DNA of 64,000 nucleotides from an uncultured Planctomycetales bacterium (GTDB lineage Bacteria > Omnitrophota > Gorgyraeia > Zapsychrales > Aceulaceae): assembly GCA_964648665.1 (NCBI GenBank), contig CAZYOA010000008.1:550-64549 (forward strand), read 5' to 3'. The notes below the pieces were generated by a model. That model did not search any database. It was not told the origin of the DNA and worked only from the letters and a program-made list of their open reading frames with translations. The position numbers and the translations under genes were made by a program. Below, one piece after another: positions 27,625-36,626 of the stretch; the first letter of the stretch is position 1; every line of letters starts with the position of its first letter.

Positions 27625-29067
27625 CTATTCCTTTACCTTTTTATCAACAAGCTCGCCTTTATGATCAAACAAGCTAACCATCAATGGCATCTTACCCATA
27701 GCATGCGTTGCACAAGAAAGGCATGGGTCATACGCTCTAATAGCAACTTCAATATGATTTAAAAGGCCTTCTGTGATTTCTGGTTTTCCACTCAAATGAT
27801 CTTCAGCAACCCTTTGAACAGCCATATTCATTGGCGTATTATTATTTGTTGTTGAAACAATCAAATTCGCCATAGTCACTTGATCATTCTCATCAACTTT
27901 ATAATGATGGAACAATGTGCCACGAGGCGCTTCAAGAAGGCCGACAGCCTCACCGCGTCGCTTACCTGTTTTAACAAGGTCTGTCCCTTGAAGATCAGGA
28001 TCGTTTAAAAGTTCTTTTATTTTTTCAATAGAATGCAATGTTTCAATCATTCGCGTCCAATGATAAGCCAACGTCATATGATTTGGCTTTCCACCTGTAA
28101 TCGCCATAAACTCTTGACGCTCTTTCTCAGCTAAAGGCGTATCAATAAAATCACAAATATTAACACGAGACAAAGGTCCAACGCGATACCAGCCATCTTC
28201 CGCACCAATAGATTTGATAAAAGGAAATTTCATATAAGACCAATCTTTAACTTCCTCAGCAATGTAGTCAACGTAATTTTTATAATCAACTTGATCAAAG
28301 ATTTTATTTCCATCCTTATCAACAGCTCTTAAATTTCCATGATAAAGATCCATCGCTCCATCTTTTCGAACAAGTCCAAGATGATTGGATTCAAAAGTAC
28401 CAAACGTTTTGGCTAAATCAACATTTTTAAGCGTATAATCTTTAGCAATCTCAACAGCCCCAATTGCCCATTCAACCATTTGATCGATATCTTTTAAAAG
28501 AAAATCTCTCTCTTCAATTGAAAGATTTTTATTAACACCACCAGGAATCGCACCTGTACCATGAATTTTCTTTCCAGCAGTCGCTTTAATAATTTCCTGG
28601 CCATATTTTCTCATCATAACACCTTGAACAGCTAGCTCTGGAAACTTCTGTGCAACACCAATAACATTTCTGATTGCAGGATCAGCATCAAATCCAAATA
28701 AAAGATCTGGAGAACAAAGATGAAAGAAATGAAGCGCGTGAGATTGAAACATTTGTCCATAATGCATCAAGCGACGTATTTTCTCAGCTGTTGGAGTTAA
28801 TTCATCAACGCCAGCGATAATATCCATTGCTTTTGCAGCTGCTAAATGATGGCTTACAGGACAAATTCCACATAACCTTTGAACTAACACAGGGACTTCC
28901 CAGTAAGGACGGCCAATAATAAAACGCTCAAAGCCTCTAAACTCAACAATATGAAGCCTTGCTTGTTTAACATTATTTTGGTCATCTAGCAAAAGAGAAA
29001 CTTTACCATGACCTTCGACGCGTGTTACCGGCTCGATAGTTATTCTTTTTAAATTATTGTCACTCAC
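27625..29067 (-). CDS. hoxH: [NiFe]-hydrogenase large subunit, group 3d (HoxH)
   Basis: RVEGHG, L1 RLCGICPVSH, L2 DPCLSCATH followed by a 25-aa C-terminal extension (protease substrate). The track start is TTG at 29073. GTG at 29067 has AGGAG 7 nt upstream. Confidence 0.9.
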   Translation of the reverse strand: MSDNNLKRITIEPVTRVEGHGKVSLLLDDQNNVKQARLHIVEFRGFERFIIGRPYWEVPVLVQRLCGICPVSHHLAAAKAMDIIAGVDELTPTAEKIRRLMHYGQMFQSHALHFFHLCSPDLLFGFDADPAIRNVIGVAQKFPELAVQGVMMRKYGQEIIKATAGKKIHGTGAIPGGVNKNLSIEERDFLLKDIDQMVEWAIGAVEIAKDYTLKNVDLAKTFGTFESNHLGLVRKDGAMDLYHGNLRAVDKDGNKIFDQVDYKNYVDYIAEEVKDWSYMKFPFIKSIGAEDGWYRVGPLSRVNICDFIDTPLAEKERQEFMAITGGKPNHMTLAYHWTRMIETLHSIEKIKELLNDPDLQGTDLVKTGKRRGEAVGLLEAPRGTLFHHYKVDENDQVTMANLIVSTTNNNTPMNMAVQRVAEDHLSGKPEITEGLLNHIEVAIRAYDPCLSCATHAMGKMPLMVSLFDHKGELVDKKVKE

Positions 29068-29085
29068 GTTCAAGCTCCTGTCTTA

Positions 29086-29631
29086 TTAATCATATTTAAT
29101 TAACTCGTATGGTAAATCAAGCGGCTTATTATTTAAAAGAGCCACTAATGCTTCCCAGATTGTATCTGCTGATGGTGGACATCCTGGAAGATGATAATCC
29201 ATCTTAACAACTTCATGACATGGATACACTCGATCTAAACAAAGAGGAATTTCTTTATCTGATGGAATTTTTCCAGATGGGTTATAAACCGTTGGCCCAT
29301 TTAAATAAGCTTCATCCAAGCATTCTTTTAAAGGAATGCTGTTTCGCATCGCAGGAAGACCACCGTTAATCGCACAATCTCCAAGAGAAATCAAAATATC
29401 GCAATTCTCTCTGAAATATTTTAGATTATGAACATTTTCCTCGTTAGCACATCCACCTTCAATTAAACCTACAAGACATCGACCTGTAAATTTTTTAAGA
29501 TCATCAATAGGTGACTTGTCGAAATCGACAAGTTCAATAAGTTTTAAGATGCGCTCATCAATATCTAAAATAGACATATGACATCCGAAACATCCTGCTA
29601 AAGAAGCTGTTGCAATTTTTGGTTTTGCCAT
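29086..29631 (-). CDS. hoxY: [NiFe]-hydrogenase small subunit, group 3d (HoxY)
   Basis: 181 aa, ASLAGCFGCHMS proximal-cluster motif, GGC, HLPGCPP. Confidence 0.85.
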   Translation of the reverse strand: MAKPKIATASLAGCFGCHMSILDIDERILKLIELVDFDKSPIDDLKKFTGRCLVGLIEGGCANEENVHNLKYFRENCDILISLGDCAINGGLPAMRNSIPLKECLDEAYLNGPTVYNPSGKIPSDKEIPLCLDRVYPCHEVVKMDYHLPGCPPSADTIWEALVALLNNKPLDLPYELIKYD

Positions 29632-29657
29632 TTTTAAATTCCTCTTATTTTTAAAAC

Positions 29658-30368
29658 TTAATTATTCTTTTCGATATCGGAACCAATTGGTTTTTGATCA
29701 TACAATCTTTTCCCTATAGGTGTTGCGAATCCAACTCTTTTCTTAATAATAGCGCCAACCGGACACACATCAGCAGCTTTATCGCTTAATTTCATATCTG
29801 TATCACCTAGTTTTGCATTTGCATTAACAGCAACTTTTTTCTCTGCACCGCGCCCAACAAACTCAAAAACAGTTTTTCCATCTACATCGCGCGACGCGTT
29901 AACACATCGTCCACATAAAATACATCGATTACGATCAATAAAGATATCAGGATGAGATCCATCAAGATCTCGATCTGGAAATAAATATGGAAATTTTGGT
30001 GCGCAAATACCTAAACGATAAGCTTCAGCCTGAAGATCGCAATTTCCACTCTTTTCACAAAACATACAAAAATGATTTCCTTCAACAAATAACATGTCAA
30101 TAATATCTCGCCTAACACCTTCCATCTCTTCAGTCTTGTTCTCAATTTCCATTCCGTTAACAGCAGGCTCCGTACAAGATGTTTGACATCGTCCGTTAAC
30201 TTTAACAGTACAAACACGACAACTTCCGTGCGGTGTTAAATCTTTAAGATAACAAAGCCGAGGAATATAAATACCCGCTTCATCAGCCGCCTCCATAATT
30301 GTCTGCCCAGATTTTGCCTTTACTTCAACTCCATCAATCTTTATCGTAATTGTCTTTTCGCTCATCAT
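29658..30368 (-). CDS. hoxU: Diaphorase Fe-S subunit HoxU (NuoG N-terminal-like)
   Basis: 2Fe-2S motif CYLKDLTPHGSCRVC, then CMFCEKSGNC and CILCGRCV. Start chosen at MMSEKTITIKIDG (ATG 30368), preceded by AAGGAAAT. The track ATG at 30425 lies inside hoxF. Confidence 0.85.
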   Translation of the reverse strand: MMSEKTITIKIDGVEVKAKSGQTIMEAADEAGIYIPRLCYLKDLTPHGSCRVCTVKVNGRCQTSCTEPAVNGMEIENKTEEMEGVRRDIIDMLFVEGNHFCMFCEKSGNCDLQAEAYRLGICAPKFPYLFPDRDLDGSHPDIFIDRNRCILCGRCVNASRDVDGKTVFEFVGRGAEKKVAVNANAKLGDTDMKLSDKAADVCPVGAIIKKRVGFATPIGKRLYDQKPIGSDIEKNN

Positions 30369-30378
30369 ATTTCCTTTT

Positions 30379-32196
30379 TTATTCTGTGTAAAGTACCGAT
30401 TTTCTACCTGCCGCTTGTTCGGCATCGCCTAAAGCCGCACGAATATCAAATGTTGGATGCATTCCGTCATCTGCTTTCTTTACAAGAGCTTCATATAACG
30501 GCTTAAAATTCTTCAGAGTTGTCAAGATTGGATTTGGCGACGTTTGTCCGAGGCCGCAACGGCTAGCCTTTTTAATACTTTCTCCAAGAGACTGAAGATA
30601 CTCTAAATCAGCAGGCTCACCTTTTCCGTTCATAATTTCTTCTAATTTCTTTTTAAGCAAAACATTACCAACTCGACATGGTGTGCAATATCCACAGCTT
30701 TCATCAACAAAAAATTCCATATACTCATGCACAGCTTTAAGCAAATCACATTTTGGTCCAAAAATAACCATCGAACCACCCGTCCCTAAATCGTTATAGC
30801 AAATAATACGCGAGAACTCATCTTTACCAATAAATTGTCCTGACGGACCTCCAACCAAAACAGCTTTCGCATCATCTGCTCCAACATCTTTTAGAAGATC
30901 AGTAATCGTAACCCCAAATGGATATTCATAAATTCCTGGTTTTTTACAATACCCGCAAACGCTTAAAACTTTTGTCCCAGAACTGTTTGTTGATCCAATT
31001 GATAAAAACCAATCTGAACCTTTTTCTAAAATACGTGTTACCGAACAAAACGTTTCAACATTATTAACACTTGTCGGTGATTCCAAATATCCTTTTTGCG
31101 CCGGAAACGGAGGGCGAGTTTTTGGATCTCCTCGAAGCCCCTCACAAGAACTAATCAAAGCGCTTTCTTCACCACAAATATATGCGCCAGATCCCATTTG
31201 AATACGAATATCAAAATCAAACCCTTCCTTACCTTTAACTGCTTTTCCAAGAAGACTCTGATCCCTTCTCGCTTTTAGTTTTAACTCTAAAAACTTTCTT
31301 AAATATGCATATTCACCTCTTAAATATAAAATTCCCGTATTCGCGCCAATAGCATATCCTGCAATCGTCATACCTTCAAACAAAAGATCAAACTTTTCAG
31401 TTAAAAGAACTCGATCCTTAAATGTTCCCGGCTCACCTTCGTCAGCATTACAAATCACAAATTTATTATTTCCTTTAGCTGAACGCGTAAATTGCCACTT
31501 AAGCCCTGTTGGAAAACCAGCACCGCCTCTACCTCTAAGCTTTGCTATCTTAACAATATCAATAACTTTTTCAGATTTTAAAGCAAGCGCACGTTCAAGT
31601 GCCTGCCCAGAAACATTATCTGAAAAAATAACATCTCCTGCCTTTAAAACATTATTTACAACAGCAGATTGTACGAGATCATCGGCATTATTTCCATCAC
31701 CTATTCCTAGGGAGAGCTTTGAAGGATCTACATCATTTTTTAAACTTTGCACAATTTCTTTTACTTTTTCTGGCGTTAATGATGGGGCAACAGTATCATT
31801 AATAATCGCTGCTGGTGCCTGATCGCACATGCCAATACAAGGCGTATACTCTAAAGTAATTTTCCCATCTGATGTCGTTTCACCAAAACCAATTCCTAAT
31901 TCAGAAGAAAAAACTTCAGCAACATCTTTTAAACCTTTCATGCGATCAACAGTATCATTGCAAAGTCTGATTACGGTTTTTCCTTTTTGCTCTTTAGAAA
32001 GAAAAGAATAAAAAGAAACAACACTTTCAACTTCAACGCGATGAGCGTTTACTTGTTTTGCAATCGCATCCATAGCTTCAGATGAAACACAACCAAATTC
32101 TTTTTGGACAAATTGAACAATATCCATCATGCGTTTACGATCGTTATTATTAGATTGACAAATTTTTTGAACAGCTTGTTGCAGGGAATCGCTCAT
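30379..32196 (-). CDS. hoxF: Diaphorase flavoprotein HoxF (NuoE-like N-terminal domain fused to NuoF-like NAD/FMN module)
   Basis: N-terminal thioredoxin-like 2Fe-2S Cys pattern (RLCNDT...CIGMCDQAPA), GRGGAGFPTGLKW, CGYCTPCR. ATG at 32196 with AAAGGTG 6 nt upstream (the track start is GTG). Confidence 0.9.
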   Translation of the reverse strand: MSDSLQQAVQKICQSNNNDRKRMMDIVQFVQKEFGCVSSEAMDAIAKQVNAHRVEVESVVSFYSFLSKEQKGKTVIRLCNDTVDRMKGLKDVAEVFSSELGIGFGETTSDGKITLEYTPCIGMCDQAPAAIINDTVAPSLTPEKVKEIVQSLKNDVDPSKLSLGIGDGNNADDLVQSAVVNNVLKAGDVIFSDNVSGQALERALALKSEKVIDIVKIAKLRGRGGAGFPTGLKWQFTRSAKGNNKFVICNADEGEPGTFKDRVLLTEKFDLLFEGMTIAGYAIGANTGILYLRGEYAYLRKFLELKLKARRDQSLLGKAVKGKEGFDFDIRIQMGSGAYICGEESALISSCEGLRGDPKTRPPFPAQKGYLESPTSVNNVETFCSVTRILEKGSDWFLSIGSTNSSGTKVLSVCGYCKKPGIYEYPFGVTITDLLKDVGADDAKAVLVGGPSGQFIGKDEFSRIICYNDLGTGGSMVIFGPKCDLLKAVHEYMEFFVDESCGYCTPCRVGNVLLKKKLEEIMNGKGEPADLEYLQSLGESIKKASRCGLGQTSPNPILTTLKNFKPLYEALVKKADDGMHPTFDIRAALGDAEQAAGRKSVLYTE

Positions 32197-32361
32197 AAAA
32201 AACACCTTTTATTTGAAATGGTTTAATTTTTTATATAATCACGTCGAGAAATAAACATCTTGGTGTGCTTAGATCGTGAAAACTGGAACAATTAAAGATA
32301 TTATACATTTTTTCTTGTTTCCGTGCAAAGCATTTATTAAAAATGTTAATATTTCCGAGAT

Positions 32362-33045
32362 CTACACATCTGCAATGAATTTAGCTTTTTTACCAACACT
32401 TTCTTGACGCTTACTCTTAAGCCATGACACCCACTGACTCATTCCCTCACCATTTAAAGAAGAAACATGAACAATCTCTACTTTTGAATTCAATTTTCTT
32501 ATATCACTTACAACATGATCAATATCAAAATTCAAAACACCCAGAAGATCAACCTTGGTCAAAAGCACAATATCTGCAGCCCTAAAAACAGTTGGATATT
32601 TAGCAACTTTATCATCTCCCTCTGGAATACTTAAAAGAACAACCTTTATGTTCTCGCCAAGATCAAACTCACCAGGACAAACCATATTGCCGACATTCTC
32701 AATAAAAAGATAATCGGCCTCATTAACATTCAATCCAGAAAGACTTTCAGTCACTTGATTTGCATACAAATGACAACTCATGCCAGTATTAATCTGCACA
32801 ACATCCAAAGCATTAGATTCTAATCTATCTGCATCTCGCGTAGTTTGCAAATCTCCTACGATAACTGTTGTTTTTTGTTCCGGCAAAAGTGCAGAAATTG
32901 TTTTCTCCAACAATGTTGTTTTTCCACTCCCCGGAGAACTAATAAAATTAACAGCTAACAGATCAGCATTTTTAAAAATTTCACGATTTTTTTCTGCAAT
33001 CGCATCGTTATCTTTTAAAATTCTTTTTGCAATAGTAACTTTCAT
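32362..33045 (-). CDS. hypB: Hydrogenase nickel-incorporation GTPase HypB
   Basis: P-loop SSPGSGKTTLL, CH motif (MSCHLYA), NVGNMVCP, TKVDL. ATGA overlap with hypA. Confidence 0.9.
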   Translation of the reverse strand: MKVTIAKRILKDNDAIAEKNREIFKNADLLAVNFISSPGSGKTTLLEKTISALLPEQKTTVIVGDLQTTRDADRLESNALDVVQINTGMSCHLYANQVTESLSGLNVNEADYLFIENVGNMVCPGEFDLGENIKVVLLSIPEGDDKVAKYPTVFRAADIVLLTKVDLLGVLNFDIDHVVSDIRKLNSKVEIVHVSSLNGEGMSQWVSWLKSKRQESVGKKAKFIADV

Positions 33046-33392
33046 TTAGATTCCTTACCTTGAATTGACTTTAAAATAATTTCATCCCCTTTTAAAACTT
33101 TAACATCAGCTTTTCGACATGTTGGACACAAGAAATCATTAAGACTTGGCTGAAATTGTTTTTTACAAATATTACATTCAGACAAAGGCGCAACCTCTAT
33201 AATCTTTAGCGTTGCATTCCTTGCAATCGTATCTTGTCGCACAGCTAAAAACGCTTGCTGCATTACCTCAGGGACAATTTGTCTTAAAAATCCTGCTTCT
33301 ATTTCAATCTCTTCAATTTCCTTAAGGTTGTTCTTCTCTGCAACATCAAAAACTTGTTCCATTAATCCAACAGCAATCGACATTTCATGCAT
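33042..33392 (-). CDS. hypA: Hydrogenase nickel-insertion protein HypA
   Basis: MHEMSIA N-terminal Ni site. Zn motif CNICKK...CPTCRK. Confidence 0.9.
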   Translation of the reverse strand: MHEMSIAVGLMEQVFDVAEKNNLKEIEEIEIEAGFLRQIVPEVMQQAFLAVRQDTIARNATLKIIEVAPLSECNICKKQFQPSLNDFLCPTCRKADVKVLKGDEIILKSIQGKESK

Positions 33393-33624
33393 TTTTTATC
33401 CTATTCTTGAATATCACAAAAAAGTGGTTTTCTTATATCCAAGGCGAAAACTTCTAATTTTTCCAAATTTCTAGATATCTTTTCAAATTTAAAAATCACT
33501 AAATCCTATCAGCTTTGCAAATTCACTCGACAAAACAAGATATCGTTTAGACTTGATTAAACTTTCAAGAATGCAAATATAGAAAGTACGCACTCAATTA
33601 TTTTTTGAAATCTTTTTAACAAGA

Positions 33625-34338
33625 TTAAAGACCTAGAAATTTTATGGCATATCCACAAGAAAAAACAGCCAACCCTGCTAAAGCATGGCTATAACGTTCA
33701 AAACGCCTAAAAGGAACAAAGCTCATACCAAAAGCGCCTAAAAGAACAGCACCAAGCATTGTTGAGATTGTTACGAGACTAAAAATACTAGCCACAATAA
33801 TCATTGAAGAAAAGCTTTCTTTAACAGCTGGATACATCAAAAGAGGAATCAGAGGTTCGCAAGGACCTAAAACAAAAATGACAAACAAAGCCCAAGGAAT
33901 TGGTTTTGCTAAATATTCTTTCTCGTGAACATGAGAATGTTCTTCAACATGTTTATGCTTATGATTGTGAATAGATCCATCGCTATGAACATGCGAATGC
34001 GTGTGAGGCTTATTTCTGATTGCTCTTCGAATACCCCAGATAAAATAAACAAACCCAAATGTAATCAAAGCCCAACCAGCCCATTCTCCTCGAATAGACT
34101 CAAAAATCTCAAGTTTTAAAACAGCAAGCCCTAAGCTTGCACCAACTAATCCTAAGATAATAGAGCTCCCAACATGCCCGATGCCACAACAAATTGTGAT
34201 TACGACAGTTTTGAGATACGACCATTTTCTTGCCTTAGCCATAACAATAAACGGAACATAATGATCTGGCCCAAAAAGAGTATGAAAAAATCCGATTGAC
34301 GCAGCCGTAAAACTTAAGATAATCGTTTCATTAGACAT
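33625..34338 (-). CDS. Putative nickel/cobalt transporter, polytopic membrane protein with His-rich loop (UreH/NicO-like)
   Basis: Six predicted TM helices, FHTLFGPDHY in TM1, central loop HTHSHVHSDGSIHNHKHKHVEEHSHVHEKE. Adjacent to hypAB. Confidence 0.5.
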   Translation of the reverse strand: MSNETIILSFTAASIGFFHTLFGPDHYVPFIVMAKARKWSYLKTVVITICCGIGHVGSSIILGLVGASLGLAVLKLEIFESIRGEWAGWALITFGFVYFIWGIRRAIRNKPHTHSHVHSDGSIHNHKHKHVEEHSHVHEKEYLAKPIPWALFVIFVLGPCEPLIPLLMYPAVKESFSSMIIVASIFSLVTISTMLGAVLLGAFGMSFVPFRRFERYSHALAGLAVFSCGYAIKFLGL

Positions 34339-34347
34339 TTTTATCTC

Positions 34348-36456
34348 CTACAAAATAATTCGTGCATCAACAGCAAAACTACCATCTTTATTTGTAATTA
34401 AGGGATTGATGTCAATCTCTTTAACCAATGGTGCTAAGCGCTGAATAGAATAAAGCGTTTGAATGATAGAAGGCTTATGTGCTTGAACGCCTCTAAATCC
34501 ATCTAAAATTTTCTTTGCCTTAATATCATTTAAAAGACGCCCTGCCTCCATCTTACCGAACGGCACAATGCGAAAAGATACATCTTTTAACGCTTCAACA
34601 AAAACACCACCTAGACCAAACATAACAACTGGACCAAATTGTGGATCATTGCTCATGCCAACAATACATTCAATCCCTTTAACCATTTGAATCAAATTAA
34701 CACCGAGAATATTAGCATCTGGCATAGCGGCAGAAACATTATTCATCATTTTATTAAATTTCTCTCTAAGCTGCTCTTCATTTTGAATATTAACAGCAAC
34801 ACCCCCAACATCTGATTTATGGATAATTTCAGGTGAAGTAATTTTTATAGCCAAAGGATACATATCTTTAGCCTGCTCAATAGCTTCATCGAGATTACGA
34901 GCAAATCCCCATTTTGGCGTCGGGACTCCACAAAGTTCTAAAACTTTACGCGCTTCATGTTCAAGCAAAATAGTCCGTCCAACACTTTTAATTTTCTCAA
35001 TCATATCCACAACTTCTTGTGGAGCAGGATCAATCTTTGGCAACTCTTTCTTTCGTCCTGAAATTTCTCTCCACTTATAAAGAGCACGCAATGAAGAAAC
35101 AGCTTCGCTCACTTCACTAAAAGCCGGAATATGATTATCATTTAAATAATGAAGAGCTTCCGTCGTACGAGCACCACCAACCATCGCCACAACAACAGGC
35201 TTATTTCGATTTACATTTGTATACTCTTTAACAATTGTCTTTGCAATATCAATTGGATTTGTTACAGCTGTTTCGCAATAAAGAACAATAACAGCTTTAA
35301 TTCGATCTTCAGTAAAAGCTATTCTCGTTGATTCCTCATAACCTTTCATGCCACTGCCACCTGTGATATCAATTGGATTTTTCGTACTTCCAAAATCAGG
35401 CATGGTTTTTCTAAATTTTTCTTCTAACCATTTAGAATCATCAATTAATTTAATACCTTCAAGCTCACATTCATCTGTCGTTGCAACGCCAATACCTCCA
35501 CCATTTGTAATAATAACAGTCTCGTCACCTTTCGGCAGCGGTAAAGAAAAAGCACGCGCCCAATCAAAGGCTTGCGTAAATGTTTTAGCTCGCAAAAGTC
35601 CAAGTTGTTTAAAAACACCTTCATAAATTTTATCTGATCCCGACAATGATCCCGTATGTGAGGCTGCTGCTTTTGCTCCTCTCGTCGATGATCCAACCTT
35701 TAATATCACAACTGGCTTTTTAATTTCTGTTTCAAGAAACTTTCGTCCCTCCTTGATTCCTTCCATATAAATTAAAATCGCATCAACATCATCATCATTG
35801 TTAAAATACTCAATCAAATCTTTTTCATCAATATCCGCTTTATTTCCAAGATTGACTAAAGAAGCAAGCCCAATCTTTTCCATAGCAGTCCATCCCATCA
35901 AAGAAATCGCAAGTGCTCCACTCTGAGAAATAAAAGCAATCTTTCCAGGTCGAATATCACTTGGCCCAAAACTTGCATTTAATTTTGATGGTGTATACAC
36001 GTATCCGAACATATTTGGCCCTAAAAGCGCGATATTGTTTTTATCCGCAACTTTCTTAAGCCGATCCTCGTCTTCAGTATTTCCAACCTCGCCAAAACCA
36101 GAAGTGATCACGGCAACTCCTTTAACACCCTTACGCGCACAACCTTCAAGTGTTTGAATCACAAGTGGAGCAGGAATAGAAATAATAGCAACATCAACAT
36201 CACCAGGAACTTCTTCGACAGTTTTATAAGCTTTTTTACCCAAAACTTCATCATCGTTAGGATTGATTGGATAAATTTCACCTTCATATCCGCAATCAAT
36301 GATATTTTTTAAAATCTGATAACCTACTTTTCCTGGCTTAGAAGATGCTCCAACAACAGCAACGCCGCGAGGCTTAAAAATAGCATTCAAATCTTTTTTA
36401 TGATTTTGGTCTTCTGGTTCTTTCTTATTCAAACGAAACAAATCGCTAATCGACAT
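34348..36456 (-). CDS. Acetyl-CoA synthetase (ADP-forming), fused alpha-beta (NDP-forming acyl-CoA synthetase family)
   Basis: 702 aa. CoA-binding N-terminus RGVAVVGASSKPGKVGYQILKNI, ligase-CoA domain with SHTGSLSG phospho-His loop, C-terminal ATP-grasp. Confidence 0.85.
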   Translation of the reverse strand: MSISDLFRLNKKEPEDQNHKKDLNAIFKPRGVAVVGASSKPGKVGYQILKNIIDCGYEGEIYPINPNDDEVLGKKAYKTVEEVPGDVDVAIISIPAPLVIQTLEGCARKGVKGVAVITSGFGEVGNTEDEDRLKKVADKNNIALLGPNMFGYVYTPSKLNASFGPSDIRPGKIAFISQSGALAISLMGWTAMEKIGLASLVNLGNKADIDEKDLIEYFNNDDDVDAILIYMEGIKEGRKFLETEIKKPVVILKVGSSTRGAKAAASHTGSLSGSDKIYEGVFKQLGLLRAKTFTQAFDWARAFSLPLPKGDETVIITNGGGIGVATTDECELEGIKLIDDSKWLEEKFRKTMPDFGSTKNPIDITGGSGMKGYEESTRIAFTEDRIKAVIVLYCETAVTNPIDIAKTIVKEYTNVNRNKPVVVAMVGGARTTEALHYLNDNHIPAFSEVSEAVSSLRALYKWREISGRKKELPKIDPAPQEVVDMIEKIKSVGRTILLEHEARKVLELCGVPTPKWGFARNLDEAIEQAKDMYPLAIKITSPEIIHKSDVGGVAVNIQNEEQLREKFNKMMNNVSAAMPDANILGVNLIQMVKGIECIVGMSNDPQFGPVVMFGLGGVFVEALKDVSFRIVPFGKMEAGRLLNDIKAKKILDGFRGVQAHKPSIIQTLYSIQRLAPLVKEIDINPLITNKDGSFAVDARIIL

Positions 36457-36523
36457 AACATGCCTCTTTCTAGAAAATATATATATATGTTAATAATAAA
36501 CTTATATTAGGAATGACGTGGAT

Positions 36524-36551
36524 ATTATAGCAAATAATAATTGTTTTTCAA
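36524..36551 (-). promoter_or_regulatory. Sigma70-like promoter upstream of the ADP-forming acetyl-CoA synthetase gene
   Basis: Minus strand TTGAAA (36546-36551), 16 nt, TATAAT (36524-36529). Confidence 0.4.
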
Positions 36552-36626
36552 CGAAGTAATTTGATAAACCAAACTACTCAAAAATTAGGCACTTTTTTTG
36601 TTAAAATTTAAGCAAGTTTATGCTTA

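Noticed and set aside
32274-32291. Rex-box-like sequence TCGTGAAAACTGGAACAA upstream of hoxF
   Set aside because: Only 10 of 14 specified consensus positions match, and the right half-site is poor (GGAACAA versus TTCACAA). This is indistinguishable from chance in AT-rich DNA without a PWM scan.
36477-36488. (AT)6 dinucleotide run in the spacer upstream of the acetyl-CoA synthetase gene
   Set aside because: It is too short to be a meaningful repeat or phase-variation tract, and it sits between the predicted -10 and the RBS.
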